48,199 nt of DNA from a virus (taxonomy: Duplodnaviria > Caudoviricetes). The stretch covers positions 1 through 48,199 of the IMG/VR virus record IMGVR_UViG_3300030376_002412. The stretch is one strand, 5' to 3'. Made by a program: the position numbers and the translations under genes. The notes under the pieces are model-generated. The model made no database searches. It was not told the DNA's origin and saw nothing but the letters and a program-made list of their open reading frames with translations. The stretch's first letter is position 1, and every line of letters begins with the position of its first letter. Positions 45,901 to 48,199 of the stretch are shown piece by piece.

Positions 45901-48199
45901 AAAAAAATAGATTACTTACATTATGATACTGCAGTAAAAGAAATTAGTGGAGCAAAAAGACCAGACGTACCAGGTAAAACAGACGTTACATGGAAATCTA
46001 AACTAGAAGATAATTACATAAATTTAGATGTCTATGAGAATTTTAATAAATTAGAAAAATTAAAATTGTTAAGACAGGTTACCTCTAATTTGAATACTAT
46101 TGACATGGATCCTACTAGCACAGATGGAAAGATTTTTTGGAATAAATGGCAAGAAATTATAGATGCATCTGCAAGAGGAGATGCTGTTGTAAGCAAAGAA
46201 GTAAGTCAGCTGCTTAAGTCTAATCAACCTTTAGGCGATAAAGTATCTTTAGATAAAATAGATATTAGATTAATAGACCAGATATTAAATGAAAACCCTA
46301 CGTCTATTACAGCCAGAAGTATATTACGTAAGTTGTTTACTGATGGCAGAAGTTCTGAACGTGATAAAAGAATAGAACAAGACTTTGCAGAATATGGTAA
46401 TGAAACATATAACAAACAGTTAATAGAAGACTATTTAATTTCTACAGATTTTGAACCAGGAGCATTTTTAAGACCAGGTGTTATAGAGTTTATAAACGAA
46501 AAAATATCAGACTATGCTTTTAAAAGATTAACTAGACCTGTAGTAGAAGAATCTTTTAGTTCTAAGTTAGGTTTGTATGATGTAATTATACGAACTACAA
46601 ACTTTAAATACTCTTCTGCTAAAAAAGGTTTAGCTGATAATGAATTTTTATTACATGAAGGTGCACGTATTATTCCTGTTACCGATCCTACTACTCAAAA
46701 GAAAAGTACATTAGGTAAAGTATTTGATAAGTTTGAAAAAGAATATGACTTAGATAAAAACAGTGACACTACTAAACAATTAAAAGAAACATTAGACAAT
46801 GTTATGTATATACGTTCTCCAATGGTTAGTAACAGTGGTGTTCGTATTGGTAATTTTGTAGGATTTGTTAAAGGTAGAAAGGGTATATCTATTATAACTA
46901 ACGAAGTTAACGACTTTAATATGAACGGAGCAGACAAAGACATTGACTCGGCTCATGTATTTTGGGGTATGCCTAAAGAAATAACTAAGGTATATGCTAG
47001 ACCTGAAATACAAAATCAATTATTAAAAGAAGATGGAACTATGATTTCTTTAAGCGATGCTAAAATTGCTAAAGAGTTAGCTAATGCTAAGTTTCCACAA
47101 AAAGAAACAAGAAAGCAGCAGTTAGCTAATATGATTGACATAGATGCTAAGCTTGGTAATGGATTGTTTAGTGCAATTGGTAAAGACAGTGTAGGATATA
47201 TTACTAATCAATTTCAAATAGCTAAACAAGAATTTGATTTAAGAAAACAATTAATGATAGAAGACGGAAGCGGTAAGGTTACCGAGATGCAAACAAATGA
47301 ATTACCTAAAATTTGGAAACAATTAATTATAGATCAAAATGTTTTACAAAGTACATTTATAGATGCTAATAAATTAGTTGATGTTGACTTACCTTCTACT
47401 GCTACAGCTAAGCTAAGAGGAAAATATAAAGACAATTTATTAGAAGCAGAAGATCGTATTGTATTGCGTGATATGTATAAACTTGTATTTAGTAAAGTAC
47501 GTAAAGACGAAGCTCCATTAGAACCTAACGTAGTATCTCAAAAATATTTAGATATGACTGAAGGTACTACTGGTTATTTGAGAATGGTTGGTGAAAATAT
47601 TAATGGATTAAAATTAGAAATTAATCCTTACAATGCAATTGACAAAGATGCTATTATTCCTGTATTAAAAGATTTGTCTAAGGTTATGAAGGATCATCCT
47701 TTATTTAAAAAAGCAAACTTAAGAGAGTTTGACAAATGGTTTATGGAAGGTATTGATGGAAAAGAAATGAATACCATTAAAGATTATCCTCCTTTTTTAT
47801 GGAATAAAATTAATGGTATTGTAGACTTGTCTAATGCTTTGAAAAAAGCACAAGCGTTTAAAGAGTATGCTGTAGAGGTATTAGAAATGAACCCTAGTGC
47901 TGTTGATAAGTTTATTGTAGACGTAATAGAAACTACATTTGAACAACGTAATAAAATTTATCAATCATTTGATAATAATAAACAGTGGTATAAAAAACAA
48001 AACGTTAGAAGCTACGGAGATCAAATATACTTTACTAAAGAATCTATAAAAGAACAGTTAGAAACATTAACTACAGCTAGAAATGCAGTAGGAAAACCTT
48101 TGACTAAACAAGGTAAGATGTTAGTAGAAGATTTATTTGATGTATTTTATATAGCTAATCCTGTTATAGATTTAAACTTTACAGGATTTAGAGGAAAAA
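42979..48199 (+). CDS. Giant virion protein containing a two-barrel DNA-dependent RNA polymerase (N-terminal part; continues at 372..4984; ~3277 aa total)
   Basis: ATG 42979 (MGLDRRIQILE...), no stop seen to the window end. NSGTDGAS (TDG 45688-96), GVIKT, IIKT, IDYLHYDTAVK (~45907-39), YIRSP (RSP 46813-21), NGADKDIDS (DKDID 46933-47). Confidence 0.85.
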   Translation, partial: MGLDRRIQILESAFNAGQLDEMQYALGLKKFYDRIPKQFDARSLRYMESKLVDAGLPLTDGRQGQTDGVLAQITSGLLEGFTTFGFADEPDTSTEKIANSLSHLVGLAPGVVVQALSGGGAATALVARGMRRQAKARGVKQFEAVADRLESVGESLQYSNNKVARAMHDVTTKLPGGKALRSPQPIGVDIKTGEKLYGMQSVPGIVANFVQKQSTSFLKDNNIKAAEFIHKGVFKNRFMDAATRDNIVNQSVHLGLLLGASAREQGLAGMGQAAVQGAIAGGIFGGIGEYANIGRMLASKNVGIRTAGEKVVRGFAKALKEQPNRRDQFETINFLMKGTAGAAYGTTTAKLHDMPLEDQIYETLMAVFFSVNSRAAFENRATRDIFSSDKVIPRDFKMKEARKWITEQPWYQAETPEYQAYWSRYLKDIQRQQMDYVVNNYNDIIVALAPEYRDLKEQGFITPEMETRARTDNKTRETILEKLYEAAEKAERKHEDTFNIDEVERRVEEKEFEFSSMEMDKEVKHIEQDTSIASEYLPKQRTLKNIFVDIKKVGDKTSKDLDPQELHQMFKKLAIDTNFTPDNFIKEVEGKFKIKVSEEQKMDLVQAIHKYKHLDKFKISRIYLVPEEGKGRLKRRKTEEPVFEEEAPEVDIYNKPIGGKKSGTKSDQGSRLNKIYAKDDKQLHLDIDYLTTVVSQRYYDAVEGKYKPGAKIKNVSPLSIDIFAFSKDTKDPISAVRNMSKKQLDQLRNNLEEKEGLYIHAAVSDTGRLQVRQFPWSSRKNETNYISDKELKKIDRTIRKELGGTDAKKYKSNVGFVIWRMKEMNLIDAKYTAQDIIDTLPTYFKTEPYTDVTKMQKYTKHMSGIEVPIDNQYIKDEYTHALIKDLPGSIKNMGPEMEAFNSGTDGASMLRGEKFDRLAKAYGLDPETGVIKTIHIHRPGEFTNGNKRGTTIIKTATFRMDPKWEALLDRTEAGKKIDYLHYDTAVKEISGAKRPDVPGKTDVTWKSKLEDNYINLDVYENFNKLEKLKLLRQVTSNLNTIDMDPTSTDGKIFWNKWQEIIDASARGDAVVSKEVSQLLKSNQPLGDKVSLDKIDIRLIDQILNENPTSITARSILRKLFTDGRSSERDKRIEQDFAEYGNETYNKQLIEDYLISTDFEPGAFLRPGVIEFINEKISDYAFKRLTRPVVEESFSSKLGLYDVIIRTTNFKYSSAKKGLADNEFLLHEGARIIPVTDPTTQKKSTLGKVFDKFEKEYDLDKNSDTTKQLKETLDNVMYIRSPMVSNSGVRIGNFVGFVKGRKGISIITNEVNDFNMNGADKDIDSAHVFWGMPKEITKVYARPEIQNQLLKEDGTMISLSDAKIAKELANAKFPQKETRKQQLANMIDIDAKLGNGLFSAIGKDSVGYITNQFQIAKQEFDLRKQLMIEDGSGKVTEMQTNELPKIWKQLIIDQNVLQSTFIDANKLVDVDLPSTATAKLRGKYKDNLLEAEDRIVLRDMYKLVFSKVRKDEAPLEPNVVSQKYLDMTEGTTGYLRMVGENINGLKLEINPYNAIDKDAIIPVLKDLSKVMKDHPLFKKANLREFDKWFMEGIDGKEMNTIKDYPPFLWNKINGIVDLSNALKKAQAFKEYAVEVLEMNPSAVDKFIVDVIETTFEQRNKIYQSFDNNKQWYKKQNVRSYGDQIYFTKESIKEQLETLTTARNAVGKPLTKQGKMLVEDLFDVFYIANPVIDLNFTGFRGK
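47829..48199. repeat. Terminal direct repeat (copy 2)
   Basis: Copy of 1-371. Confidence 0.95.

Noticed and set aside
43284-47019. Minus-strand ORFs listed in this region
   Set aside because: Antisense shadows of the giant plus-strand ORF; the same applies to other short antisense ORFs (e.g. 691-876, 3292-3582, 27676-27996).
47829-48199. Biological direct terminal repeat of the virion DNA
   Set aside because: It falls inside a continuous ORF, so an assembly overlap of a circular or permuted genome is more likely.
1-48199. Stop-codon reassignment as in some crAss-like phages
   Set aside because: Genes are full-length and densely packed under the standard code; TAG and TGA both end genes at sensible places.
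42979-48199. N4/T7-type single-subunit vRNAP
   Set aside because: The motifs seen (RxP...DxDxD, TDG) fit two-barrel enzymes; I did not recognise Pol I-like A/B/C motifs.

Overview
The window appears to be a complete, circularly permuted, AT-rich dsDNA tailed-phage genome with podovirus-like architecture. Positions 1-371 recur at 47829-48199, giving a unit length of about 47,828 bp. There are two divergent arms. The minus-strand arm (14546->4994) carries small early genes and a replication/recombination cassette: Rad52/Sak-like annealase, SSB, AEP primase-SF4 helicase fusion and Hjc-type resolvase, with no recognisable DNA polymerase or integrase. The plus-strand arm (14788->4984 across the junction) carries terminase, P22-like portal, scaffold, major capsid, adaptors, tail fibres, a Hint-domain protein, a metallophosphoesterase, a lysozyme and ejection proteins. 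The main finding is an ORF missing from the supplied track. It starts at 42979, has no stop before the window end and joins 11..4984 in frame, giving a ~3277-aa protein (~20% of the genome). It carries the ordered motifs of a two-barrel, crAss/phi14:2-gp66-like virion RNA polymerase (TDG...K...K...D...TAVK; RSP...GADKDID). Yet the genome is about half the size of typical crAss-like phages and uses Shine-Dalgarno sites and sigma70-type promoters, which points to a non-Bacteroidota host. Strand-specific hairpins punctuate the early arm, and a long imperfect inverted repeat plus palindromic repeats sit at the divergence point. All family assignments come from motifs read by eye; no searches were run.
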